Numbered from the stretch's first letter, positions 42,638-53,439 are shown. The stretch: DNA of 64,000 bases from an uncultured Gemmatimonadales bacterium (GCA_963816355.1 CAWFKH010000005.1:288001-352000), one strand, 5' to 3'. Numbers and translations: made by a program. Notes: generated from the letters alone by a model not told the origin.

Positions 42638-43744
42638 ATGAGCGCGGCCGCGCACGCCGGCGTGATCGCGCGCTGGGCGGCGCTGCTCCCGGTGAGCGGG
42701 GCGACGCCTCGCCTCACGTTGCTCGAGGGGGACACGCCGCTCGTCGCCGCGCCGCGGCTGGCGGAGTGGGTGGGCGTTCGGGAGCTGCACCTCAAGTACG
42801 AGGGCCTCAATCCCACCGGCTCCTTCAAGGACCGTGGTATGGTGGTCGCCGTGGCGAAGGCGATGGAGGCGGGCGCGCGGACGGTGCTGTGCGCGTCGAC
42901 CGGCAACACGAGCGCGAGCGCCGCCGCCTACGCCGCGCGCGCGGGACTGCGCGCCGTCGTCCTGCTGCCGGGCGGCAAGGTGGCGCCGGGCAAGATCGCG
43001 CAGGCGGTCGTCCATGGCGCCCGCATCCTCTCGCTCCCCACCAACTTCGACGGCGCGCTGGACATCGCCCGCGCGCTCGTCGAGAAGCATCCGGCGGTCC
43101 TCGTCAACTCGCTCAATCCGCACCGGCTCGAGGGTCAGGCGACGGCGGCGTACGAGATCTGCGAGGCGCTCGGCGGCGCGCCGGACCTCCTCGCGCTGCC
43201 GGTGGGTAACGGGGGCAACATCACGGCCTACGCGATGGGCTTCCGTCGCTGGCGCGAGCGCGGCGCGACCGAGCGCGGCGCGACCGAGCGCGGCGCGACC
43301 GAGCGCGGCGCGATCGAGCGCGGGCCGCGGCTGCTCGGCGTGCAGGCGGCCGGCGCGGCGCCGCTCGTGGCGGGCAGGCCGATCGAGCACCCGGAGACGG
43401 TCGCGAGCGCGATCCGCATCGGCCGGCCCGCCACGTGGCAGCCGGCGTTGGACGCGGCGCGCGACTCCGGCGGCGCGATCGTCGCGGCGGAGGACGCCGC
43501 GATCCTGGAGGCGTATCGCGAAGTGGCGCGGCGTGAGGGCGTGTTCTGCGAGCCCGCGTCCGCCGCCGGCGTCGCGGGCCTGCGCGCGGCGGTCGCGGCC
43601 GGCGACGTCGCCCCGGACGCCCGCTGCGTGTGCGTCCTCACCGGCCACGGCCTGAAGGACCCCGCGCACGCGCTGCCGCCCGGCTTCGAGCCGGAAGCGG
43701 TGGCGGCCGCGGCGGACGAGGTCGCGCGCGCGCTCGGCTGGTGA
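42638..43744 (+). CDS. thrC: Threonine synthase
   Basis: TLLEGDTPL, EGLNPTGSFKDRG (PLP lysine), ASTGNTSAS, PVGNGGNI, FCEPASAA, LTGHGLKDP; contains an in-frame ERGAT x4 insertion. Confidence 0.95.
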   Translation: MSAAAHAGVIARWAALLPVSGATPRLTLLEGDTPLVAAPRLAEWVGVRELHLKYEGLNPTGSFKDRGMVVAVAKAMEAGARTVLCASTGNTSASAAAYAARAGLRAVVLLPGGKVAPGKIAQAVVHGARILSLPTNFDGALDIARALVEKHPAVLVNSLNPHRLEGQATAAYEICEALGGAPDLLALPVGNGGNITAYAMGFRRWRERGATERGATERGATERGAIERGPRLLGVQAAGAAPLVAGRPIEHPETVASAIRIGRPATWQPALDAARDSGGAIVAAEDAAILEAYREVARREGVFCEPASAAGVAGLRAAVAAGDVAPDARCVCVLTGHGLKDPAHALPPGFEPEAVAAAADEVARALGW

Positions 43745-43838
43745 GGGTGGACGCCGCCGCGCGCGCCTCCGGCCGTTGACGAGGCCGAGGGCCGCGCGCT
43801 CGGCTGGTGAGGGCGGACTCCGACGAGGTGAAGCGATC

Positions 43839-44765
43839 ATGAGACGTGGAAGAATCCGGGCCCTGCTCCTGGCGATGTCGCTGGTTGCGTCGCTCGCGGC
43901 GACGCTCGCGGCCTGCGCATCACGCGGCGCGCCGACACCTCCGGCGGCGCCGGCCGGCGCGGGCGCGCCGGCGCCCGCCGCGGCGCCCGCTGCGGCCGCC
44001 ACGCCGCGCGTCGGTCCGGCACACGGCGTGCTCATCGTCGCGGGCGGAGGTCAGCTCGGGCCGGAGATCTGGAGCCGCTTCGTCGCGCTGGCCGGCGGAC
44101 CGGACGCGCGCATCGTCGTCATCCCGACGGCGGCGGAGGGCGACAGTTTCCCGGACGGCGGCGGCGTGGGCGGACCGCTGCGGCAGGCGGGCGCGCGCCA
44201 CATCGCGGTGCTCCACACGCGCGACCGCGCGACGGCGGAATCGCCGGAGTTCGTCCGGCCGATCCGCGACGCGACCGGCGTGTGGATCCCGGGCGGCCGC
44301 CAGTGGCGGCTGACCGACGCCTACCTCGGCACGCGTACGGAGCGTGAGCTGCACCGGCTGCTCGAGCGCGGCGGCGTGATCGGCGGCAGCTCGGCGGGCG
44401 CGTCGGTGCAGGCGTCGTACATGGTGCGCGGCGCGCCTCAGGGGAACTCGATCATGATGGCGCCGGGGCACGAACAGGGCTTCGGCTTCCTGCGCGGTGT
44501 CGCGGTCGACCAGCACCTGATCACGCGCCACCGCGAGCGGGACATGCTCGACGTCGTCGTCGCGCACCCGGAGCTGCTCGGCCTCGGCCTCGACGAGGGC
44601 ACCGCGATCGAAGTGCACGGCGACACCGCCGTCGTGCTCGGCCGCAGCCGGATGGCCGTCTACAACGCCGGGCGGGGCGACGACGGCGAGTCGTTCTTCT
44701 TCCTCGACGCCGGCGACGCGCTCGATCTGGGCGCGCGGCGCGTTCTTCGCAGGGGCAGCTCCTGA
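43839..44765 (+). CDS. Cyanophycinase-like S51 peptidase, lipoprotein
   Basis: Lipobox LAAC; LIVAGGG, VVIPTA, GGRQWRL, GGSSAGA nucleophile motif, VDQH, GLDEGT. Confidence 0.88.
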   Translation: MRRGRIRALLLAMSLVASLAATLAACASRGAPTPPAAPAGAGAPAPAAAPAAAATPRVGPAHGVLIVAGGGQLGPEIWSRFVALAGGPDARIVVIPTAAEGDSFPDGGGVGGPLRQAGARHIAVLHTRDRATAESPEFVRPIRDATGVWIPGGRQWRLTDAYLGTRTERELHRLLERGGVIGGSSAGASVQASYMVRGAPQGNSIMMAPGHEQGFGFLRGVAVDQHLITRHRERDMLDVVVAHPELLGLGLDEGTAIEVHGDTAVVLGRSRMAVYNAGRGDDGESFFFLDAGDALDLGARRVLRRGSS

Positions 44766-44822
44766 GGCGACGCGCCCGCGGCGAACGCGAGCACCCACAC
44801 GACCCTCCGTCCCCACAGCGCA

Positions 44823-46070
44823 TTGCCACGTCCCCTCGCCGACAGGATCGGCGCCAACCGCATCGTGCTCGCCCTCTCCGTCGCGCGCCTCGCCGACGCG
44901 ATGGGGAACAGCATCCTGTTCATCGTCATCCCGCTCTACGTCGCGCGGCTCCCTTCGGAGTGGATCCACCTGCCGGAGCCGGTGCTGGTCGGGATCCTGG
45001 TGTCGCTCTACGGCCTGGTGAACACCTTCGCGCAGCCGTTCGTCGGCGCGCTCGCCGACCGCCTGAGCCGGCGCAAACCCCTCATCGTCGCCGGCCTCGC
45101 CATCATGGCGACCGGCACCTTCGCCTTCATCTTCGCCACCCGCTTCGTCCACCTCCTCCTGATCCGCGCCGTGCAGGGGGTCGGCGTCGCGCTCACGATC
45201 CCCGCCTCGCTCGCGATCATGGCCACGGCCACCCACCAGCGCTCGCGCGGCGGCTCGATGGGGATCTATACCAGCGCCCGCATGGCCGGCTTCGCGATCG
45301 GACCCCTCGTCGGCGGCTACCTCCTCGACCACGTCGGCTTCGACGCCGCCTTCATCGCAGGCGCCGCGCTCGTCGCCGCCGGCCTCGTGCTCGTCCAGCT
45401 CTGGGTGCACGAGAAGCCTGCCGACGTCTCGATCCACCGCGGCACTCCGTTCCGCCTGCTCGAACGACGCCTGCTCACCCGCGGCATCCTCGGCCTCGGC
45501 TTCGCCACCTTCGTCATGGCCGCCGCCTTCACCGAGATGGTCTCGCTCGAGAAACAGTTCAACGCCCGCCTCGACCAGGCCGCCTTCGGCTTCGGCATCG
45601 CGTTCAGCGCGCTCATGGTCAGCCGGCTCCTCTTCCAAATCCCGCTCGGCTCCCTCTCCGACCGCGTCGGCCGCAAGCCAGTCGTCATCGCCGGCCTCCT
45701 CCTCATGGCCCCCGCGACGGCGCTCCTCGGCATCGTCGCCTCCACGCTCCAGCTCGCCGGCGCCCGCGTGCTCCAGGGCCTCGCCTCCGCCGCCATCGCC
45801 GCGCCCGCCTTCGCAATGGCCGCCGAACTCTCCACCGAGGGCGGTCGCGGCCGCCAGCTCAGCATCGTCACCATGGGCTTCAGCCTCGGCATCGCCGTAG
45901 GCCCACTCCTCGCCGGCATCCTCGCCGTCGCCTCCTTCGAGCTGCCCTTCCTCGTCGGCGGCGCCCTCGCCCTGCTCGGCGCCGCAGTCGTCTGGCGGTT
46001 CGTGCCCGAGACGGTTCGCCGGAACGGGCGTCGCCCCGGCGGGGAGCATCGGGACGAGGCGCGGGCGTAA
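44823..46070 (+). CDS. MFS transporter
   Basis: GALADRLSRRK and GSLSDRVGRK (motif A); about 12 TM helices; TTG start uncertain. Confidence 0.92.
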   Translation: MPRPLADRIGANRIVLALSVARLADAMGNSILFIVIPLYVARLPSEWIHLPEPVLVGILVSLYGLVNTFAQPFVGALADRLSRRKPLIVAGLAIMATGTFAFIFATRFVHLLLIRAVQGVGVALTIPASLAIMATATHQRSRGGSMGIYTSARMAGFAIGPLVGGYLLDHVGFDAAFIAGAALVAAGLVLVQLWVHEKPADVSIHRGTPFRLLERRLLTRGILGLGFATFVMAAAFTEMVSLEKQFNARLDQAAFGFGIAFSALMVSRLLFQIPLGSLSDRVGRKPVVIAGLLLMAPATALLGIVASTLQLAGARVLQGLASAAIAAPAFAMAAELSTEGGRGRQLSIVTMGFSLGIAVGPLLAGILAVASFELPFLVGGALALLGAAVVWRFVPETVRRNGRRPGGEHRDEARA

Positions 46071-46347
46071 GGCCGACGGCGCCTGGCAACGACGCCTCCG
46101 TCACCCCCCGCCGCGCCCTGGCCCCTTCTGCCTCCCCTCCAGCGGACGGAAAGGTGTCCTCCAACATGGACAACGCGGGCGTGGGCCCGCGGCCTGCTAC
46201 TGGTCCTTAACTTATGCCACGCCATACACTTAGCAGACCCGTTCGCCAACACGCAGCCCCGGCACCGGGCGTGCCTCCATGAACGTGGAGCGCAGCTCGG
46301 GCTCAGCGATGGACGGCTGCGGGAGCAACGGACGCATGGAGGCGACA

Positions 46348-46980
46348 ATGGTACAGCGCATCGTTCGGGTCGGCGTGATCGTCGGCCTCGTGATGGCCGC
46401 GGCGCCGCTGCGGGCGCAGCGGATGGACGGCGGTTCGGGTGGCTCGATCGAGCTCGCGCCCTACGCGGGCTACATGATCACCAGCGACTATCTGTCGGGG
46501 CCGCTGAACACGTCGCTGACCACGAGCGGCGGCGCGCTGTACGGCATCCAGATGGGGTTGCCGCTTGGGAGGAGCGTCTCCTTGTACGGCAACGTCGCGT
46601 ACAGCAATCCGTCCTTGCGGATCGGGCTGCCGATCCTGGGCGGCGTCGATTTCGGGCGCAACGAGATGCTGCTCTACGACGGCGGGCTGGAGCTGCGTGC
46701 GCCGGCGCGGATCGGGGCGGCGTCGCCGTTCCTGCAGCTCGGGGCGGGGGCGGTGCACAACTCCGTGAGCGCGGGTCCGATCGACCTGCGGGCGACGAAT
46801 TTCGCCGCGAACGCCGGGCTCGGGGTCGACGTCGGCGTGCTGCCGAACGCGACGCTGCGCCTGATGGCGAAGGACTACGTGGGGAAGTTCGACTTTCGCG
46901 AGGCGACGGGCTTCGGCGGCGTCGACGGCAAGACCGCGCACAACATCGGGCTGAGCGCCGGCCTGCGCGTGGCCTTCTGA
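46348..46980 (+). CDS. Outer-membrane beta-barrel protein (8-stranded, OmpA/OmpW-like)
   Basis: Signal peptide, PFLQLGAGA, NAGLGVDV, C-terminal SAGLRVAF. Confidence 0.8.
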   Translation: MVQRIVRVGVIVGLVMAAAPLRAQRMDGGSGGSIELAPYAGYMITSDYLSGPLNTSLTTSGGALYGIQMGLPLGRSVSLYGNVAYSNPSLRIGLPILGGVDFGRNEMLLYDGGLELRAPARIGAASPFLQLGAGAVHNSVSAGPIDLRATNFAANAGLGVDVGVLPNATLRLMAKDYVGKFDFREATGFGGVDGKTAHNIGLSAGLRVAF

Positions 46981-47215
46981 CGCGGCCACGCGCATAGCTG
47001 GCATCTGGCAGAGGTTCGGCCGGTGACGCCGATGACGCCGGTGGCGGCGATGGATCCCGGCGGGGCCCGGGCGCCCGTGTGATGCCGCACGGCGCTCCCG
47101 CGGTCGGGTGAGGCGCGACGCCGCGTCTCACCCACCCGCCATCCGGCCTCGCGCCGCGCTCCACCTCCGCCTCGGCCGCCCTTTCCGCAGGGCGCGCCGC
47201 TGATTAGCCTGAAGC

Positions 47216-47758
47216 ATGATCGCGGAACGGCGGGGTGCCACGTCCGCGCGGCCGCGCGGGTGGCCGCTCGTGCTGATCGCGCTGCTGGCCATGGGGTGCG
47301 CGAGCGGCGGCTCGCCGGCGAAAGCGCGCCCACCGGCGCCGAAGCGGCCGCGTCGTCTGCCGCCGCTGGCGGCCGAGCCGGTGCCGCCGGATCTGCCGCC
47401 GCCCGGCTCGCCGGAGGTGCGCTTGCGCGCGCTGGCGGTCGTGCTGGCGGTGGAGGAGGGGGACGCCAGCTACTACGCGGACGCGCTGGCGGGCAACGCG
47501 ACGGCGAGCGGGGAGCCGTACGAGCCGGACTCCCTGGTGGCGGCGCATCGGGAGCTGCCGTTCGGCACGATCGTGCGGGTGACGAACCTGCGCAACGAGC
47601 GGCAGGTGGTGGTGCGCATCGTGGACCGCGGGCCCTGGGGGCACGAGGAGCGGATCATCGATCTGTCGCGGCGGGCGGCGGAGGCGCTGGACGCGATCGA
47701 CGACGGCGTCGTGCCGGTGAGACTGGAGATCCTCGAGTACGGTGGAGGTGGTGGATGA
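47216..47758 (+). CDS. rlpA: Septal ring lytic transglycosylase RlpA family lipoprotein
   Basis: Lipobox AMGC; GDASYY, TASGEPY, AAHRELPFGTIVRVTNL, DRGP, RIIDLS. Confidence 0.92.
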   Translation: MIAERRGATSARPRGWPLVLIALLAMGCASGGSPAKARPPAPKRPRRLPPLAAEPVPPDLPPPGSPEVRLRALAVVLAVEEGDASYYADALAGNATASGEPYEPDSLVAAHRELPFGTIVRVTNLRNERQVVVRIVDRGPWGHEERIIDLSRRAAEALDAIDDGVVPVRLEILEYGGGGG

Positions 47759-48303
47759 GCGCGGATCGGGAAGCGGCGCAACCGGATCGGCCGGGCGCCG
47801 GCGAGTACGCCGAGTTCTACGCGGGGTACGTGGCGCGGGTGCCGGACGGCGACGTGCTTGCGCTGCTCGAAGCGCAGGGCGAGCGCACTCTCTCGCTGCT
47901 GGCGGGCGTGTCGCCGGAACGGGCGGCGTTCCGCTACGCGGAGGGGAAGTGGAGCGTGAAGCAGGTCGTGCTGCACCTGTGCGACGCCGAGCGCGTGATG
48001 AGCTATCGTCTGCTGCGGATCGGCCGCGGCGATGCGACGCCGCTCGCCGGCTTCGACGAGGCGGCGTACGCGCCGGCGTCGGGCGCGGAGGCGCGCACGA
48101 TGGCGTCGCTGGCGGCCGAGCTGGCGGCGGTGCGCGCGGCGACCGTGACGCTGGCGCGCGGCCTGCCGGCGGAGGCGTGGACGCGGCGCGGCGAGGCGAA
48201 CGGCCAAGCGGTGAGCGCGCGGGCGCTTCCCTACATCGTGCTCGGCCACGAGCTGCACCACCTCGCGATCCTGGACGAGCGCTACGGAGTCGGCGCGGCG
48301 TAG
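47755..48303 (+). CDS. DinB/YfiT family protein
   Basis: EYAEFYAGYV, RYAEGKWSVKQVVLHLCDAERV, GHELHH. Confidence 0.9.
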   Translation: MSADREAAQPDRPGAGEYAEFYAGYVARVPDGDVLALLEAQGERTLSLLAGVSPERAAFRYAEGKWSVKQVVLHLCDAERVMSYRLLRIGRGDATPLAGFDEAAYAPASGAEARTMASLAAELAAVRAATVTLARGLPAEAWTRRGEANGQAVSARALPYIVLGHELHHLAILDERYGVGAA

Positions 48304-48358
48304 CTCCGGCGGTGCGGCTCCTGGTCGAAGCCCGCGACGCACGCAAGGGAGGTTCAAG

Positions 48359-48733
48359 TTGAGGAAGTACAGGGCGAGGGTCGAGAAGGGGGTGGGGTCG
48401 GCGGCGCGCGAGCTCGCGTCGTGCCACGAGCGCATCGAGAGCGAGTCGCAGCTCGTCCTGTTCCCGGGGACGTTGAACGTGCGCTTCCCGCGCGCGGTGC
48501 GTCTGCGGCCGAGCTTCGTGCTGCCGGCGGGGACCTGCGGCGAGGACGAGCTGCTGTTCCAGCGGTGCCGCGTCGCGGGGTTCGACGGCCTCCTCATGCG
48601 GCCGGCGAGTCGTGAGGCGGAATTGGAGGGCGGCGCGCTCGACGCGGTCGAGCTGATGTGCGTCGTCAGCCTGCGCTCGATGGCGGGGCTGCACGTCGGC
48701 GACGCCGTCGAGATCGAAGCGGACCTGAGGTGA
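48359..48733 (+). CDS. DUF120 / CTP-dependent riboflavin kinase-like protein
   Basis: [39 protein letters not shown] resemble archaeal RibK motifs; TTG start. Confidence 0.6.
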   Translation: MRKYRARVEKGVGSAARELASCHERIESESQLVLFPGTLNVRFPRAVRLRPSFVLPAGTCGEDELLFQRCRVAGFDGLLMRPASREAELEGGALDAVELMCVVSLRSMAGLHVGDAVEIEADLR

Positions 48734-48737
48734 GACG

Positions 48738-49691
48738 ATGGAGCTCCGGGGGATCCACCACCTGACGGCGATTTCGGCGAGGATCGGCGACAACCTGCGC
48801 TTCTACACACAGGTCGTCGGTCTGCGCCTCGTCAAGCGCAGCGTCAATCAGGACGACGTCAGCGCCTACCACCTCTTCTACGCCGACGCCGCGGGCAGCC
48901 CGGGCACGGACGTGACGTTCTTCGACTGGCCGGTGGCGCGCGAGCGGCGGGGGACGCACGCGATCGTACGCACGTCGCTGCGGGTCAGCGGCGCCGCCAC
49001 GCTGCGCTGGTGGCGCGAGTGGCTCGCGGAGCACGAGGTCGTGAGCGGTGACGTCGTCGAGAGGGACGGCCGCCTGACGCTCGACTTCGAGGACGGCGAG
49101 GGGCAGCGCCTGGCGCTGGTGGACGACGGCGGCGAAGGCCCCGCGTCCCGCGTGTGGAGCGGCAGCCCGGTGCCGGCGGAGCACCAGGTCCGCGGCCTCG
49201 GCCCGATCGTCATGAGCGTGCCGAGCATCACGCGCACCGACGACGTGCTGACGCGCGTGCTCGGCATGCGGCCGGTCCGCGGCTACGCGCATCCGGACGC
49301 GGCGGAGCCGAACGTGCACGTGTACGAGATGGGCGAGGGCGGCGCGCACGCGGAGCTGCACGTGGCGGTGCAGCCGGACCTGCCGGCGACGCGGCAGGGC
49401 GCGGGCGGCGTGCACCACGTCGCGTTCCGCACGCCGAACGAGGAGGAGTACCACGCCTGGACGGAGCGGCTCAACTCGCTGGGCGTGCCGAACAGCGGCG
49501 AGATCGACCGCTACTACTTCCGCAGTCTCTACTTCCGCGAGCCGAACGGGATCCTCTTCGAGATCGCGACGGACGGCCCGGGCTTCGCCGTCGACGAGGA
49601 CGCGGCGACGCTCGGCCAGCGCCTCGCCCTGCCGCCGTTCCTCGAGCCGCACCGTGCCGAGATCGAGGCGAACCTGCAGCCGATCGACTAG
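48738..49691 (+). CDS. Ring-cleaving dioxygenase, VOC/glyoxalase family (MhqO-like)
   Basis: [61 protein letters not shown]. Confidence 0.93.
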   Translation: MELRGIHHLTAISARIGDNLRFYTQVVGLRLVKRSVNQDDVSAYHLFYADAAGSPGTDVTFFDWPVARERRGTHAIVRTSLRVSGAATLRWWREWLAEHEVVSGDVVERDGRLTLDFEDGEGQRLALVDDGGEGPASRVWSGSPVPAEHQVRGLGPIVMSVPSITRTDDVLTRVLGMRPVRGYAHPDAAEPNVHVYEMGEGGAHAELHVAVQPDLPATRQGAGGVHHVAFRTPNEEEYHAWTERLNSLGVPNSGEIDRYYFRSLYFREPNGILFEIATDGPGFAVDEDAATLGQRLALPPFLEPHRAEIEANLQPID

Positions 49692-49781
49692 GCCGGCCGC
49701 TCCGTGGCCGTACCGCGGGCCGGTGGCTTGCAGTGGGCTCCCGGTACACGGCGCATCAGCGCCCCGTACCGGAGTTGCATC

Positions 49782-50366
49782 ATGGCAGAGGTTCTGGTGA
49801 AGTACGTCGGCCGATTCGAGGCGAGCGACGGTCGTGGATTCGAGGCGCAGGCGTGCGCCCGCGAGGTGCGCGGCGGCCTGTGGGAAGGCTGGATCGAGTT
49901 CATGCCGACGGACGGCGGCGCGGCGCTGCGGACCGGTCGCGAGACGACGCAGCCGAAGCGCACCGACGCCGAGTACTGGGCGACCGGACTGACGGCCGCC
50001 TACCTCCAGGGAGCGCTGCGGCGGGCGCTCTCGCCCGCGCGTGCGCCCGCGCCATCGGAGGAGGTCGACGCCGCACCTCACTTCGCCGGCCCTGCCGAGC
50101 ACCGTGCACGGCGGCCGCACAGAGACGCCCAGCTGCGCCCGGTCCTCGATCCGTTCGCCGTTTACGCCGAAGGCGACACCGTGCTGCGCGGGCAGCTCAA
50201 CGCGCTCGACGAGGGCAAGCTGCGCACCATCGCGCGGGCGTACGACCTCCGGATCGGAGCCGCGATTCTGGAGGGCGGCGGCAGAGCGGAGCTGGTCGAA
50301 GCGATCGTGGAAGCCATCGAGGCGGATGGCGCGGCGCGGGGGCACGCGGGTTCGGCGCGGGGCTGA
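49782..50366 (+). CDS. Hypothetical protein
   Basis: GGAG RBS; globular sequence WEGWIEF..RETTQP..YWATGL..YLQGAL with typical codon usage. Confidence 0.75.
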   Translation: MAEVLVKYVGRFEASDGRGFEAQACAREVRGGLWEGWIEFMPTDGGAALRTGRETTQPKRTDAEYWATGLTAAYLQGALRRALSPARAPAPSEEVDAAPHFAGPAEHRARRPHRDAQLRPVLDPFAVYAEGDTVLRGQLNALDEGKLRTIARAYDLRIGAAILEGGGRAELVEAIVEAIEADGAARGHAGSARG

Positions 50367-50389
50367 TCCCGGCGAGGGCGCTGCGGCCG

Positions 50390-52907
50390 CTAGCGTGAGC
50401 GGCCGGCCTCGATGCGGTACCCCTGCGGCGGCTCGGCGTCGAGCAGCCAGCGGACGAAGTAGTCCCAGCGACGTCGCACCATGTACGGCTCGTTGCCGAA
50501 GCCGTGGTTGCGGTTCGGCAGCGCGAGCAGGTCGAAGTCCTTGTTGGCGGCGATGAGGGAGTCGACGACGAGCAGCGTGTTGTACGGCGGTCACGTTGGT
50601 GTCGCCGGTGCCGTAGGCGAGGAGCAGCTTCCCCTTCAGGTTTCTCGCCACGAGCTGGTTGGCCTGGTTGTCGTAGTTCGTGGTGCCGTCCGGGTGCGTC
50701 TCGAGCAGCCCCTGCCACTTCTCGCCCCAGTCGTCCTCGTACTCGCGGTTGTCGTGGTTGCCGGCCTCCGCGATGCCGACCTTGAAGAAGTCCGGGTAGC
50801 GGAACATCGCGTCGGCGGTCGCGTAGCCGCCGCCGGAGTGGCCGTAGATGCCGGCGCGGGAGAGGTCGATCCACGGGTAGCGCTCGGCCAGCTGCTTCAT
50901 GGCGGCGACCTGGTCCGGCAGGCCGTTGTCGCCCATGTCGCCGTAGTAGGCGGCGTGGAACGCCTTCGACCGCATCGGCGTGCCCATGGCGTCGATCTCG
51001 ACGACGACGAAGCCGAGCTCGGCGAGCGCCTGTGCGTCGCCGCGCGAGGGGGTGAAGGAGCGCGAGCCGACGCTGCCGGTCTGCGGCCCGGGGTAGACGC
51101 GGTTGACGATCGGGTACCGCTTCGACGGATCGAAGCGCGTGGGCCGGAAGAGCAGGCCGTAGAGGTCGGTCCGGCCGTCGCGCGCCTTGACGGTGATGGG
51201 CGTCGGCGGCTTCCAGCCGGCGGCGAGGAGGCGCGAGATGTCGGCCTTCTCGAGGTCGAGCAGCTTGCGGCCGGCGGCATCGCGGAGCACGCTGACGGGC
51301 GGCGTGACGGGAGTCGAGTAGCTGTCGACGAAGTACTTCCCGTCCGGCGCGAGCGAGACCTCGTGGTCGGCGCTGTCCGGCGTCAGCAGGCGGAGCCGGG
51401 AGCCGTCGAGGCGCACGCTGTAGAGGTAGCGGAAGTAGGGGTCTCCGGGCTCGCGGCCGGCGCCGAGGAAGTAGACGGTGCGGCGCCGCGGGTCGACGCG
51501 CAGCACCTGCAGCACGTTCCAGTCGCCGCTCGTGATCGGGTGCTCCAGGCGGCCGGTTGCGAGGTCGTACAGGTAGAGGTGGCCCCAGCCGCTGCGCTCG
51601 GAGAACCAGATCGCCTCGTTCGAGCCGGGCAGCACGTGCCAGTTCACGCGGTTGACGCCGGACTCGAAGAAGCTGGGCACCGACTCCTCGAGGACGTCGC
51701 GCACGGCGCCGGTCGCGGCGTCCGCCTCGCGCAGCGTCTCGTGGCGATGGTCGCGCGAGGTGGAGACGAAGAAGAGCTTTGCGGCGTCCGGGCTCCACTC
51801 GACGTCCGAGAAGCCGGAGCCGCGGCAGGCGACGTGGTCGCAGATCGTCGAGCGGTGCTGGTCCGGCGGCATGCGCAGGCGGACGATGCGGCGGCCCGCG
51901 GCGGCGTCGAGGTCGACGACCACGCGCTCGATCATCGTCACCACGCTATCGCCGGGCAGCGGGTACTTCCACGCGTCGAGAGTCGGGTGACCGACCGCCG
52001 TGTGCACGATGTACATCTCGCCCACGTCGCGCTGGTCCTGCTGGAACGTGGCGATCTTGCGGGAATCCGGCGACCACAGCACGATCGGGCGGTCGCTGCG
52101 CGTCCAGCCGGCGTTGTCCGTCGCGTAGCCGTAGTCCTCCACGCCGTCGGTCGTGAGCTGCGTGTCCTCGCCGGTCGCGAAGTCGCGCACCCACAGGTTC
52201 CAGTCGCGGATGAAGGCGGCGCGGCGGCCGTCGGGCGACAGGACGAACGGGCTGCGCCGGCCGCCGCGCCGGATCGCGCGCGTGCGGCGGGAGACGGCGT
52301 CCTCCTGCTCCGCCGGCGCGCAGCGGGCGCCGTGGATGTCACACGTGTAGCGGCGGCCGTGGATCGTGACGCCGAAGGTCTGCCCCGCCGCGGGCAGCAC
52401 GAGCTCGGTGATCGGCAGGTCGAGCGCTTCGAAAGTGGTATCCGCCGCCGCCGACAGCGCCGCCGCAATGCGGGCGTGGTCGAAGGCGCGGGTGCGCGAG
52501 CGCTTCGTCGGGTCGACGAGGACGAATTCGTGGCCGCCTGCGATCGAGGTCCGGTACCAGAAGCGGTCCGCGCGGTCGGCCGGCAGCCAGTTCGGTTCGG
52601 CGTTGTCGCCCGCGACGAGCGGCCGCGTGGCCCGAGCCAGGAACGACTCGGCGCGCGCGTACGCCGCCGCGGTGACGGAGTCCGGCGCGTAGGGCGTCGT
52701 CTGGGCCGCGGCCGCGCGCGGCGCGAGGGCCACGCCGAGGAGCGGCGCGAGCGCCGCGGCGATCGCCCACGGGAGCGGCGCGCGGGTCGCGCCGGCGTGC
52801 GGCGCCGGGCGGGACGCCGGCGCGAATGATGTCTCCGGCGAGGGCGGCGTGAGACGGGAGCGGCGCCCGCGCGCGGAAGGCGAGGGCGGGACGAGGCGAT
52901 GTCGCAT
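50390..52907 (-). CDS. S9B dipeptidyl-peptidase IV family protein; +1 frameshift at ~50591
   Basis: DPP IV N-terminal propeller, GHSGGG nucleophile, DTNV. The tail PPYNTLLVVDSLIAANKDFDLL..NRNHGF..RRRWDYF lies in another frame; removing T50591 gives 839 codons. Confidence 0.9.
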
Positions 52908-53028
52908 GCGTCTCCTGCGGTCGGACGACGGGGCTAGGAACCGGGCCGGTGACGCGCGGAAGAGCGGCCGCCGTGCTCCGGACACGGGACGCGCCAAGTT
53001 GGGACGAAGCGGGAGAGGCGGCAAGACG

Positions 53029-53439
53029 ATGACGCGAGACGGGGAGGGCGGTCCGCCGGAAGCCGGCGCGGGCGGCGCTGCGGGCTGGCGCACGCACGAG
53101 GTGGCGGGCTACGAGGTGCGGGTGGGCAAGGGCGCGAAGGACAACGACGCGCTCACCTTCGGCGCCGCGGATCCGCGCGACTTCTGGCTGCACGTGGCGG
53201 GCTACCCGGGCAGCCACGTGGTGGTGCGCAACCCGGCCGGCGTCGCGGAGCTGCCGCGCGAGGTGGCGGAGCGCGCGGCCGAGCTGGCGGCGTGGCATTC
53301 GAAGGCGCGCAACGCGCGCGGCAAGGTGGAGGTGCACCTCTGCCGGGTGGCCGACGTGAGCAAGCCGCGCGGCTTCGCGCCGGGCGAGGTGCGGCTGAGG
53401 GCGTGGCAGAAGGTCCGCGTGTATCCGAAGCGGGGCTGA
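53029..53439 (+). CDS. NFACT RNA-binding domain protein (DUF814, standalone)
   Basis: VRVGKGAKDNDALT, DFWLHVAGYPGSHVVV, AAELAAWHSKAR, VSKPRG. Confidence 0.9.
   Translation: MTRDGEGGPPEAGAGGAAGWRTHEVAGYEVRVGKGAKDNDALTFGAADPRDFWLHVAGYPGSHVVVRNPAGVAELPREVAERAAELAAWHSKARNARGKVEVHLCRVADVSKPRGFAPGEVRLRAWQKVRVYPKRG

Noticed and set aside
40120..43744. MoaD-like protein + ThrC as a sulfur-carrier-dependent cysteine/methionine pathway or ubiquitin-like defence system
   Set aside because: The genes are divergent with thrB and a 1.2-kb gap between them; no E1/MoeB, JAB or E2 gene is in the window; thrB-thrC fits ordinary threonine synthesis.
43839..44765. Cyanophycin metabolism cluster
   Set aside because: No cyanophycin synthetase nearby; a lone exported S51 peptidase does not establish the pathway.
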